NCBI RefSeq assembly: GCF_963921235.1
Contig: NC_086120.1
Coordinates: 8,618,001-8,682,000, forward strand
Source: Mobula hypostoma
Lineage: Eukaryota
Reading direction: 5' to 3'
Length of the DNA stretch: 64,000 nt
Shown here piece after piece: positions 51,297-62,274 of the stretch (positions are counted from its first letter, which is position 1; the number at the start of each line of letters is the position of its first letter). The notes under the pieces are model-generated. The model ran no database searches. It had not been told where the DNA came from and saw only the letters and a list, made by a program, of their open reading frames with translations. Made by a program: the position numbers and the translations under genes.

Positions 51297-51624
51297 CTGG
51301 AGAGTCCCAGAATCTGACTCAGCCTCCGACCGTGTCGGTGAGTCCAGGAGCCACGGCCACGCTGAATTGTAACATCAGAACGAAGGACAGCTTCGATGTA
51401 AAATGGTACAAGCAGACACCGGGAAAAGCCCCACAATGGATCCTGTACTACCATCAATCGCTCGGCGCCCCGACCTACGGGCCTGGGTTTAGCAGCGACC
51501 GTTTCACGTCGACAGTCAACAGCACCGGCACCGTTTACCAGTTAAACATAAAAAAACGTGGAGATGAATGACGCTGCCATCTATTACTGCGCAAAGATGT
51601 TTTCAACGGGTAGTAGCGACTTGT
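51297..51624 (+). pseudogene. Ig light-chain V segment, sigma-type, with +1 frameshift in FR3
   Basis: 11-nt leader part 2, then QNLTQPP..TLNC..WYKQTPG..YGPGFSSDRF. A 7-A run at 51550-51556 leads to TGA at 51569; removing one A gives IKNVEMNDAAIYYCAKMFSTGSSDL. Long CDR2 and YGxGFSS motif are sigma-like; sigma vs sigma-cart is not resolvable by eye. Confidence 0.93.
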
Positions 51625-51652
51625 CACAGTGAGAGAGGGTAAAACAAACACT
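51625..51652 (+). promoter_or_regulatory. V recombination signal, 12-bp spacer
   Basis: CACAGTG + AGAGAGGGTAAA + ACAAACACT (7/9 consensus). Confidence 0.93.
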
Positions 51653-51965
51653 GGGGTCGGAAACATGATACACTTCATATCTTTATATCGAATGAAAACA
51701 TTCTCATTATTCACTCTTCATAAATTCATTTTAATTTTACCTTTTAGACAGTATTTTCCAATGTCAATCTTGTGATATTTAGAAAGCTTCCGAATCCCGT
51801 CGCTCACTGTCGAGTGTTTGATGTCGTTTAATGTCAGTCTGGAGATGTGGCTGTGAATTCACCCACTCCAGCCTCTCAGATCGGGACGGTCGGGACGCGT
51901 GAAATCTGGTTTCATGCTGACACGGGAACGTGTGGCCGTGTTTTCTGCCTGATTACAGGGTTCTG

Positions 51966-52004
51966 GGTAATTGTATGGCCTGAAGCCCGGAATTTCACAC
52001 TGTG
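51966..52004 (-). promoter_or_regulatory. J recombination signal, 23-bp spacer
   Basis: Plus strand GGTAATTGT (7/9) + 23 nt + CACTGTG. Confidence 0.93.
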
Positions 52005-52047
52005 TTGGTGTTGGTGTTCGGCCCAGGGACCAAGCTCTTTGTTACAG
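52005..52047 (+). CDS. Ig light-chain J segment (LVLVFGPGTKLFVT)
   Basis: FGxGT motif; phase-1 donor GTAAG at 52048. Confidence 0.95.
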
Positions 52048-53189
52048 GTAAGCGTCCGATAAATATTTCCTGCGGTGACCACGGCATTATTACGGTCACC
52101 TGTCAATTAGGACGTTTTAAATTATAATTTCCTAGCGAACTTTACAATGAAAATGTTGATTTACAATCTAATCAAGTTCGTGTACAACGTCAGTTTTACT
52201 CGATAGAGTTGGGTTCGGTGAATTGTTTCCGTATTTTAATGAAGCATTTCTCTTTTCCGTTGTATTTTCGGATAAACCATGATTCGGACAAACTTTCTGT
52301 TCATTCGTTTTACTTCTGCTCTAGTTTTAGTTTGTCTGTTTTTGTGTTGGTTTAATTGGAACGAACTTGAAGGGATCCATCTTCCTAAAGTGGGGCCAAG
52401 GTTTTCAGTGGAGACACGGGCATTGCCGGCTGAAGACAGCCCATAGTTGTCAACACAGCAGAACGACAAGTTTCAAGTTATTAATTCGAACTTTCCAGCG
52501 AAACGTCCTGCCCTCCCTGTGAGGGTGGAACTCTCCTCCAGCACCCATCCGTTAAAGGACCCTCTCCCACTGCCAGCCCTTGCCTTCTCTCTCCTGCCAC
52601 CGATTCACGTGAGAGCTGCTCCGTCCCAGGAACCGTTGCTCATCGATCCCGGTCACTACACCGACTATGGCCGGTGCTCCGATTCTGCGGAGAATCCAGC
52701 CTCCCGCCCCCATGTGAGTGGGAGCCGAATCGTTCGACATTATCACAGATCACAGAGCGGTCTTACCCTGACCCGCTCCATGGAGCTCAGGACCGCGCAT
52801 TTAGTGTCCTCGCCCACTGGGGCAGAGCAGATTGTAACATATATATTCTCATTAATGATGGGTGGGAGGGCCGGAGGGAAGAGGAGGAATGTGTCACTGA
52901 TGGCATCGAGAGTGGGCACATTAAACTACTCTGGGGCGCTTTGATGCCAGTGTGTCTCTCAACTCCGTGAATGACTCAGAGACTAACAGCCTCACCGGTT
53001 GCAGTAGATTTCTAGTTTTTCCGTGTTGACCTTCATGCACCGTCCTCCATGGGCACTGTCTTGTCCCTTGCTGAGACTCTGGGCTCAACTCAATGAAGTT
53101 GAAACCTTTTAATTACGCTTCTGTCAATCTGTGAAGAGACAAGAGCTCGTCTGTGACTTGAAACACGTTTTCTCTTGTTCCCGTTGCAG

Positions 53190-53502
53190 ATCGGCAGCTC
53201 CCAGACCCTTACTTGGGCCGTCAGCCGAGGAGATCTCCGCTAAAGGATCGGGCACCTTAGTTTGCCTGGTCAGTAAATTGTCGATCGGCTTCCCTGTCGT
53301 CAGCTGGACAGTGAACGACAGTCCGACGAGCAGTGAGGTGCAAACCAGCGGGATGACTCAGAACGCGGACAAAACCTTCAGTCTCAGCAGCTACCTGACG
53401 GTGCCCGGCGCAGACTGGAGCAGTGGGAAGAGGTACTCCTGCTCAGTTCAACAAGGAGCAGCCTCGACAATATCTGCAACAGTCACACAGTCCAGCTGCT
53501 AA
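53190..53502 (+). pseudogene. Ig light-chain C exon with inferred 10-nt deletion near its 5' end
   Basis: Acceptor TTCCCGTTGCAG at 53189. Canonical splice reads DRQLPDP and then leaves the frame (TAG at 53258-53260). The C1 domain (LLGPSAEE..TLVCLV..VSW..FSLSSYL..YSC..C*) is otherwise intact in another frame, ending in the interchain Cys. Confidence 0.9.
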
Positions 53503-53783
53503 ACAGAGCGCGGCTTCGGCCTTGTTTGTTCCCGATTAACGGGAGATCATGACCTTGTATCTTTCACCTCTACCTCTCTCACTCGCTCTTCACTGTACTT
53601 CCCTTCTGTTCCGCTCTCTGTAGTTTCCACTTCGATGTTGGAATATTTGTACCCGAGGCTGATTTTGATCTTGTTCCGACTGAGAGGGTTCACGGTGATA
53701 GAGTGGACAGTTACTTGTCTTCTGGACATTTCAGGCGGTATTTGGTTTTCTCTTGCACCGGTGTTGGATTAATTAGAATGATT

Positions 53784-53846
53784 AATAAATGTTTTGTGAT
53801 TCGTCATCAGGATCAGACTGACCGACGGTTACTAATTACCAATAAA
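53784..53846 (+). terminator. Candidate poly(A) signals of the IgL transcript (AATAAA at 53784 and 53841)
   Basis: Two canonical hexamers 280-340 nt after the C stop codon. Confidence 0.55.
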
Positions 53847-54039
53847 TATGTTCAGTGCAGGAACGATTCCCGTGTGTGCTTTCGTCATCTTTCGTGTTTT
53901 TCCAATTCTGACACTGAGTGGGAAGAGCGAAGAGGGAGGAGATTCGTCTCTCGGCTCTGGTTCGTGACCTGGCTTGGTGAAATTTAGGAAATCTGTGCGG
54001 CAGCCTAGGACACCGAATATCAACAAAGAAGGGAAGGAA

Positions 54040-56391
54040 GTTCCATTGCTGAGAATCAGGGTCAGGGTGATGGGTTGACTGGAAGGCTGCGATGTAAAAT
54101 TAGAACGAAACAGTTGGTTTTGGGAAGGTTAATACAGGAAATCGTGAGAGGCCCCTTGGGTAAGAGTGACCATAATATGGTGGAATTCTTCATTAAGATG
54201 GAGAGTGACATAGTTAATTCAGAAACAAAGGTTCTGAACTTAAGTAAGGGTAACTTTGAAGGTATGAGACGTGAATTAGTTAAGATAGGCTGGCAAATGA
54301 CACTTAAAGGGTTGACGGTGGATATGCAATGGCAAGCATTTAAAGATCGCATGGATGAACTACAACAATTGTTCATCCCAGTTTGGCAAAAGAATAAATC
54401 AAGGAAGGTAGTGCACCCGTGGCTGACAAGGGAAATTAGGGATAGTATCAATTCCAAAGAAGAAGCATACAAATTAGCCAGAAAAAGTGGCTCACCTGAG
54501 GACTGGGAGAAATTCAGAGTTCAGCAGAGGGGGACAAAGGGCTTAATTAGGAAGGGGATAAAAGTTTATGAGAGAAAACTGGCAGGGAATATAAAAACTG
54601 ACTGTAAAAGCTTTTATAGATATGCGAAAAGAAAAAGATTGGTTAAGACAAATGTAGAATGCCGACAGACAGAAACAGGTGAATTGATTATGGGGGGCAA
54701 GGACATGGGGACAGAGGGTCTGGTGAGATGGAGGAACTGAGGGAAATACATGTCAGTAGGGAAGTGGTGTTAGGTAAATTGAAGGGATTAAAGACAGGTA
54801 AATCCCCAGGGCCAGATGGTCTGCATCCCAGAGTGCTTAAGGAAGTAGCTCAAGAAATAGTGGATGCATTAGCGATAATTTTTCAAAACTCTTTAGATTC
54901 TGGACTGTTCCTGAGGATTGGAGGGTGGCTAATGTAACCCCACTTTTTAAAAAAGGAGGGAGAGAGAAACCAGAGAATTATAGACCAGTTAGCCTAACTT
55001 TGGTGGTGGGGAAACTGCTAGAGTCAGTTATCAAAGATGTGATAACAGCACATTTGGAAAACGGTGAAAACATCGGACAAAGTCAGCATGGATTTGTGAA
55101 AGGAAAATCATGTCTGATGAATCTCATAGAATTTTTTGAGGATGTAACTAGTAGACTGGATAGGGGAGAACTATAGAATTATTGGATGTGGTATATTTGG
55201 ATTTTCAAAAGGCTTTTGACAAGGTCCCACACAGGAGATTAGTGTGCAAATTTAAAGCACACAGTATTGGGGGTAAGGTATTGACGGGGATAGAGAATTG
55301 GTTGGCAGACAGGAAGCAAAGAGTGGGAATTAATGGGACCTTTTCAGAATGGCAGGCAGTGACTAGTGGGGTACCGCAAGGCTCAGTGCTGGGACCCCAG
55401 TTGTTTACAATATATATTAATGACTTGGATGAGGGAATTAAATGCAGCATCTCCAAGTTTGCAGATGACACAAAGCTGGGTGGCAGTGTTAGCAGTGAGG
55501 AGGATGCTAAGAGGATGCAGGGTGACTTGGATAGGTTGGGTGAGTGGGCAAATTCATGGCAGATGCAATTTAATGTGGATAAATGTGAAGTTATCCACTT
55601 TGGTGGCAAAAACAGGAAAACAGATTATTATCTGAATGGTGGCCAATTATGAAAAGGGGAGGTGCAACGCGACCTGGGTGTCATTATACACCAGTCATTG
55701 AAAGTGGGCATGCAGGTACAGCAGGCGGTGAAAAAGGCGAATGGTATGCCGGCATTTATAGCAAGAGGATTCGAGTACAGGAGCAGGGAGGTACTACTGC
55801 AGTTGTACAAGGCCTTAGTAAGACGACTCCTGGAGTATTGTGTGCAATTTTGGTCCCCTAATCTGAGGAAAGACATCCTTGCCATAGAAGGCGTACAATG
55901 AAGGTTCACCAGATTGATTCCTGGGATGGCAGGACTTTCATATGATGAAAGACTGGATGAACCAGGCTTATACTCATTGGAATTTAGAAGATTGAGGGGG
56001 GATCTCATTGAAACATATAAAATCCTAAAGGGATTGGACAGGCTATATGCAGGAAGATTGTTCCCAATGTTGGGAAAGTCCAGAATGAGGGGTCAGAGTT
56101 TAAGGATAAAGGGAAAGGCTTTTAGGACCAAGAATAGGAAAAACTTCTTCACACAGAGAGTGGTGAATCTGTGGAATTCTCTGCCACAGGAAACAGTTGA
56201 GGCTAGTTCATTGGCTATATTTAAGAGGGAGTTAGATATGGCCCTTGTGGCTAAAGGGATCGGGGGTATGGAGGGAAGGCTGGTACAGGGTTCTAAGTTG
56301 GATGATCAGCCATGATCATACTGAATGGTGGTGCAGGCTCAAAGGGCTGAATGGCCTACTCCTGCACATATTTTCTATGTTTCTATGTTTA
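54040..56391 (+). mobile_element. Young CR1 LINE, 2.35 kb (end of endonuclease through RT to tail), with frameshifts
   Basis: PLGKSDHNMVEF, NYRPVSLT, KAFDKVPH, FADDTK; TTTTCTATGTTTCTATGTTT tail. Confidence 0.95.
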
Positions 56392-56460
56392 AATGAACAT
56401 AATCGTAACTGCAATTTTCCTGGCTCCTGGGATTTTCAACATTCAACAGGTTTCAATGAG

Positions 56461-56465
<5 letters not shown>

Positions 56466-56500
<35 letters not shown>
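56466..56500. repeat. (CA)n microsatellite
   Basis: Directly visible. Confidence 0.98.
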
Positions 56501-56502
<2 letters not shown>

Positions 56503-56539
56503 ACCTCCATTCCTCAAAACTCCAGCAAGTAGAGGTCCA

Positions 56540-57600
56540 GACCCGTCAAACATGAATCATATGTCAACCCATTCATTCTTGAGATTATTCTCATGAACCG
56601 CACCCCCTCCAATGTCAGCATATAATTTTCTGGATAAAGGACACTAAACTGCTCACAATATTCCTCTTGCAGTATGACCAATGTCTTATAAAGCCACAGC
56701 ATTACAACCTACAAGTTAATCTTTTGGGATTCCTGTTCTAAGATCCCAGGTCTCTTTGCACATCTAAATTCTGAATTTGTTCCCTGTTAGGAAAATAGTC
56801 CACAGAAGTGTATGACCATATACATCCCTGAACTGTATTCCATCTGTTACTTCTTTGCCCATTCTCCTAATCTGTCCCAGTCCTTCTCCATACTGTATGC
56901 ATCCTCAACCGCAACTGCCCCTCCACCTATTATTGTATCATCTACAAACTTGGCTATAAAGCTATCTATTCCATCTTCTAAAGCATTGACATATAATGTG
57001 AAAAGATGTGGTCCCAACACTGAATCCTGCAGAACAACACTGGTCACCAGCAGTCAGCCACTAAAGGTGCCCTTTATTCTCCCTCTTTGTCTTCTGCCAG
57101 TGTACCAAAGTTCTGTCCATGCTAGTATCTGTCCTGTAATACTATGGGATCTTATGTTGTTTATCAGCCTCATGTGCGGCACCTTCTTGAACTCTTCTGA
57201 AAATCCAACTGAAAAACTTTCCATCACTCTCTCTTGTCCATCCTACCTGTTATTTCTTCAAAGAATTTGAACAGATTTCACAGGCAAGATTTCCCTTTTA
57301 GGAAACCATGCTGACTTTGGTCTATTTAATCAAGTGTCTCCAAGTACCCGAAACTCATATTTAATAATGGACTGTAACATCTTCCCAATCTCTAAAGTCA
57401 GATTGACTGGCCTATAATTTCCTGTTATTTGCATCCTGCTTAGTGGAGTAACATTTGTAATTTTCCGGTCTTCCAAAACCATTACATTTCCAATGATTCT
57501 TGAAGGATTACTACTAATGCCTCAACTCAATGATCTTCTCACCTACCTCCTTCAGAAACCTGGGTTGTCGTCCATCTGGTCCAGGTGTCTTATCTATCAG
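56540..57600 (-). mobile_element. Old CR1 fragments
   Basis: QDSVLGPHLFTLYVN..KFVDDTIIGG on the minus strand. Confidence 0.8.
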
Positions 57601-57715
57601 GTCCAGGTAGCTTATCTGAATACAGCAATCTGTGTTTCTGTTGAAAGGAGGACTGGTGAGATCTCATCTGCTGTACTGAAAATACTCTTCGCAGTTTCTT
57701 TAGCATTTGCCTGTT

Positions 57716-57850
57716 TTTAATGAGGCCAAGTTGCTAGCTCGAAGCTCAATGCAGCACGGATGTAAAGTGTGCAAGGAGCCGGCTGGATTCAAACCAGAGT
57801 CCACTCACCTTGAAGTCCGGTACAGATGCTATTACATCATCAGCTGGCTA
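57716..57850 (-). mobile_element. tRNA-derived SINE
   Basis: Minus strand shows degenerate box A (TGATGTAATAG) and box B (GGTTTGAATCC) at tRNA-like spacing, with an A-rich end. Confidence 0.55.
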
Positions 57851-57949
57851 GCTGGAAGCAGGAACACTCATTTCTCTCTCATTTCTCCCCTTTTAGTGGA
57901 TTCAGTACTCTGATGTGTAGGTCATCTTGTGAGGGAAAGTGAGGCCTGT

Positions 57950-58345
57950 ATCCACCAGAATTTTTAAGGCTGAAAGGGAAATAGGATCATCATCTCTGGA
58001 GGGATCTCGTCTGGGTGACTATGGACAGGATGTTTCCTCGTGTAGGAGCATCTAGAACAATGTGTTAGTGTTTAAAAATTCAGGGGCTGGCTATTTAGGA
58101 CAGATGTGAATCAATATTTGCTTCTCTGTCAGAGAACCACAAACCTTGGGAACTCATTTTCTCCGAGGCTGTGGAAGCAGAATCAAATCACATTGTAAAA
58201 TTGGTAAGAGGGTGAAAAGTTATTGGAACATGGAGTAATGGGGCTTTAAGGTTACAGCAAGATCAGCCATAATGTGATTGAATGGCAGAGCAGGTTCAAA
58301 GGGCTGAGCAATCTACTTCCTCTCCTAAATCAATGTTCATAAGGA
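57950..58345 (+). mobile_element. Old CR1 3' fragment
   Basis: GATCAGCCATAATGTGATTGAATGGCAGAGCAGG. Confidence 0.65.
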
Positions 58346-58552
58346 AATCTACCTACTTGCTATCATGACACATCACTGACTGTAAGACCTCACCTTACTG
58401 AGCAACACTGGACCTCACTTCATCATTGCCATCCTTTGGACCATTCTGAGCCATTCTATCTTTGTTCCATAGATAGGCAGCTCAGTGCCAGCTCAGATCT
58501 GATTGGCAATAATGTGTAGAATCTTCCTTCCATCACAAGTAAAAGAATTAAA

Positions 58553-61500
58553 TGACTCCATCTTTAGTGGAGTTGTCAGGAGCTGTCCAGATGATTTAAT
58601 ATCTACAATACTGAATCCAAGTTAGGCTGCATCATCGCCTGGAGGAAGGGTTTTCCTTTCTGAGTGCTCCCTCATTCATTGTGTGGATTGGGATCCCAGG
58701 TTTGATTTGCCACAACACAGACATTGCTGCCCGAGGTTCCTGAGGGAAAAACATATTCAACCAATAACCGTGATGCAATGGTCAAGACCCATCAATCCCA
58801 TCAGAGAAATCTCACACCAGCTTCTTCTCAGTTCATATCTCAGCATCTCTACAGGAGGAAAATAGTTATCATTTGTCATAATTTCACACTGAAAGGATGC
58901 CAGTGATCAAATATTACAGCAGAAACTGTGGAATTTTTATTTAAGTAAACACCTAATGAGGCTATTCAGCCCATTAGGTCCATATGCCCTCCCAATAGAG
59001 TAACCCCATTGATGCCAGTTCCATTTTACTCACACATGCCATCAAATGTCCTTTGATTCTTTCGTTGCTTCTTTGCAATAAGGTGCAATTTACAGTAGCA
59101 TATCTGCACTGTACAAGGAAAGCAGAAGCTCAGTGGAAAACTCAGTGGTCACAGAGAGAACATACAAATTTCAAATGGACAAGCTCAGAACCAGATCCAG
59201 GTCGCTGAAGCTGTGAGATATCAGCACTGTCTGAAATGCGTCTCAGGCTACCTTAGCATCCTAGTGTCTATCCTCCCAATGCATAGCCCACTGCTTCTGT
59301 AGGAAGTAAATGGGAATAAGGGGGAACCACGGCAGCTCTGGGACTGGTGACTCAGTTCTACTCTGTATCATTTTGCCAAAAGCAGTTGCAGACCAAACTA
59401 TGATCTGATCAATTGTGGGACAACAATTGGAGAGTCAGTGAGGCAGAGAAATAACAGCAGATTTATTCTAACCCACTCTGGAACAGACTGCTGAGAACAG
59501 ACTACACAGCTGGTTATACCCAATGTCACTCATTATCCTGAACAGTTTCTTTGTCATCTCAGCTATAGATACTGGAAACTCCAGCCCAACATCACTGTAC
59601 AAGTATATACATGATACAAATTTTGGACGGTTGAGAAGGCAGCCCATCAGGAATGCCTTCTCTTAATAAAGAAGGGCAACAAATTCTGTCCTTGCCAGCA
59701 TTACATACATCACTTCCATTGATACAATTGAGATGCCCCATCAGGATCCACTGATTAATTGTCCAACTCTACTTGCCCTAATTTAATACCTTGTCTCTAA
59801 TTTAAAATTCTGACTATTTGTGTCATGTGCCTCTATCTCTATTTCTCTGTCTGCTCTTTTAGCTTTCTACTTGTAATTCTTCAGTGCATTTGCCATGCCC
59901 CCAACTGCCTTGTCATAAAGACATGCAAAATTTTTATAATTTTCACATAAACCTCTTGTCATTCTCTTCATCCCCCTGCCTCTGTATTTTTTTATATATA
60001 GGTCCAATGCTTTGATATTCCAAATATTCCTTCTGAAGCTTGGTATACATTTTGACTGACTAGAGCTCTGTTTGATTACAAAATGGAAAATTCTGAAGAT
60101 CAGTTCCTGGTGCAGTCTATAATTTGGTTTTAGCCCCTTGATTTCCTTCTTTTGGAGGAAAACTTATTTAAAGGATTATAGTAGCAGTTCTTAAAGCTAT
60201 TTTGTGCTGCAAGGTCATTCAGATGTCAAAGACTGGTGGAAGGTAATGAAATAATTCTCCAGTGGGACAATTCTCCTGAATGAAGCTCCAGCACACTGCA
60301 TCATTGACATTTGTCAATGATCACCTACTGGATAATGCAAACCCAGGTCATAAATCAGTGAATCCATCATATCTCAAGTAGAAAAAAAATGGAGATATTT
60401 AGATTCTGTGATGATAGGAAAGAAACAGAAATGGTGCATATTTGCCTCCACTACGAACTCTGGCAGTATATTCTAGGCATTCACAATTCTTTGTGGAAGC
60501 ATATGCCCTGCAAATCTCCATTCAACTTAGCCCCTTCAACTTAAATGAATGCCCTTGAGTATCAGACACTTTTACCATGGGAAAATATATCAGAGTTATT
60601 CAATCCCTCCTTATCCCACCTGCCGTAAACTTTATGCAGCATCCTGGTAAACCTCTTCTGCACCCTCTCTGTACCCTCCCCATCCTTCCTATATTGGGAT
60701 GACCAGAACTGAATGCAATAAATAGGACAATGGATTTAAGGGAGATGTATGTCATTGATGACAGCCATCACTGAGTGTGTAGACTTACATAACAACATAT
60801 GTCTATGCAATAATCATTTATTGAGATGTACAGACCAACAACATCCGTGTGTGCTACCTGTTTCAGAATGGATCAATTGATTGCAGTAACTACAACCAGC
60901 TTCCCTGCTTCAGATTACAAGTTAAAGCTCAGCCGGGACATCCACACTCCTGCTCTCTGTCAGTGACCCTGATTGCTGGCTGTGTGAGGAGGGCAGCACT
61001 GGGCCAAATGGGTTCACTTGCTCTTGTCTGCCACACCCACTGTCTGGATTCCCATGGGAAGAGGGGTCACTGGGTCAGTGAGACTGATGCTCCTGATGCT
61101 CTCAGAGAAAGAGGGAAAATTGAAGCACACAAAGATTAAAGCTGAGTGTTTTAACTTTGGGCAGTGGTGGAAAATTCCCTTCTTCTATTCAACTACACCC
61201 TGTTGGGCTTTATTAGAGTTAACAGCTAATCCTGGGCTTGTCTAAAAAATGACAGTGTTGAGACCAGGTTTTGGAAACCATAGCATATCCATGTTCATAG
61301 ATGAAATTTTGGACCAAAACAAGGTCACCCGGTAAAGGGCAGCCACACTTCCTGTTCCCAACACCAAGAATAGAATTTGCTCTAGTTTGATCAACATCGA
61401 AGAAGTTATGTCGATGTATGAACTATTTCAGAGCATTGAATTTTGACCCATTCTCAGCATTGCACTCATGAAGGTTTGCTTGATGTGCAACAAACACAGC

Positions 61501-62270
61501 TGAGAATGGGAGAACTGTATAATAGCCCATATTGACCATGGGCACTCACAGGATATTTCAGGATAGTTTCTCGGTCTGGTTTCTTATGATTAATGCTGTG
61601 CCTCGAGGGATAGTGCTGGACCCATTGACGTTTGTCATCCATATCAACAATTTGAATAAGAACATACAAGACATGATCAATAGTAAATAATGAAGAATAT
61701 CATTAACAATTGCAGGGGCAGGTCGATCAGCTGGGGAAGTGAGATGAGGAGTGTCAAATTGAGTTTAATTTGGATAAATGCAAGGCATTGCATTTTGCAG
61801 GATCAAATCTAGGTCGAATTTTCACATGAATATGGAGTGATGGTGAAGAGAGGTACCTTGGAGTGCAAGTACAAGCTTAACTGAAAGTGGAGTCACAGGG
61901 AGACTGGGTGGTAAAGGCGGCTTTTGGCACATTGGACTTCATCAGTCACAGCAATGAGTAGAACAGTTGGGAGGCCAGAGTGTGGTTGTACGGGATGTTG
62001 CAATGGTCACACTTGGTGTATAATGTTCAATGTTGTTTGCCCTGCTGTTGGAAAGATATTATTAAACTGGAAAGAATGCAGTTACTGGCAAGATTTACAA
62101 GTTGCCAGGACTTAAGGGACTGAGTTATAGGGAGAGGTTAGTCAGGTTGGTGCTGATAACAGACAGGTTATCAGCACCATGAAGGGATAGTATAGGATGA
62201 ATGCACTCAGTATTTTTTCAATGTTTTGGGGAATTAAGCACAAGAGTACATAGATTTAAGTTCAGAGGGA
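58553..62270. repeat. Degenerate duplicated block, copy B (paralogous to ~1325-5880)
   Basis: Same ordered anchors as copy A, including a shared old CR1 at ~61590-62270. Confidence 0.75.
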
Positions 62271-62274
62271 ACAC

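Noticed and set aside
51805-51940. Possible D segment or extra RSS between V and J (CACTGTC at 51805; GGTTTCATG at 51908)
   Set aside because: No nonamer or heptamer partner at 12 or 23 bp; light chains lack D.
51548-53210. V +1 and C -10 lesions compensating each other (net -9)
   Set aside because: The shifted V frame stops at 51569-51571, long before J.
60300-60321. Perfect 10-bp inverted repeat ATCATTGACA-TT-TGTCAATGAT
   Set aside because: About one such repeat is expected by chance in 64 kb; no supporting context.
59500-61480. Hidden exons in unique-looking DNA downstream of the cluster
   Set aside because: Translations show no recognisable domain and no consistent exon structure.
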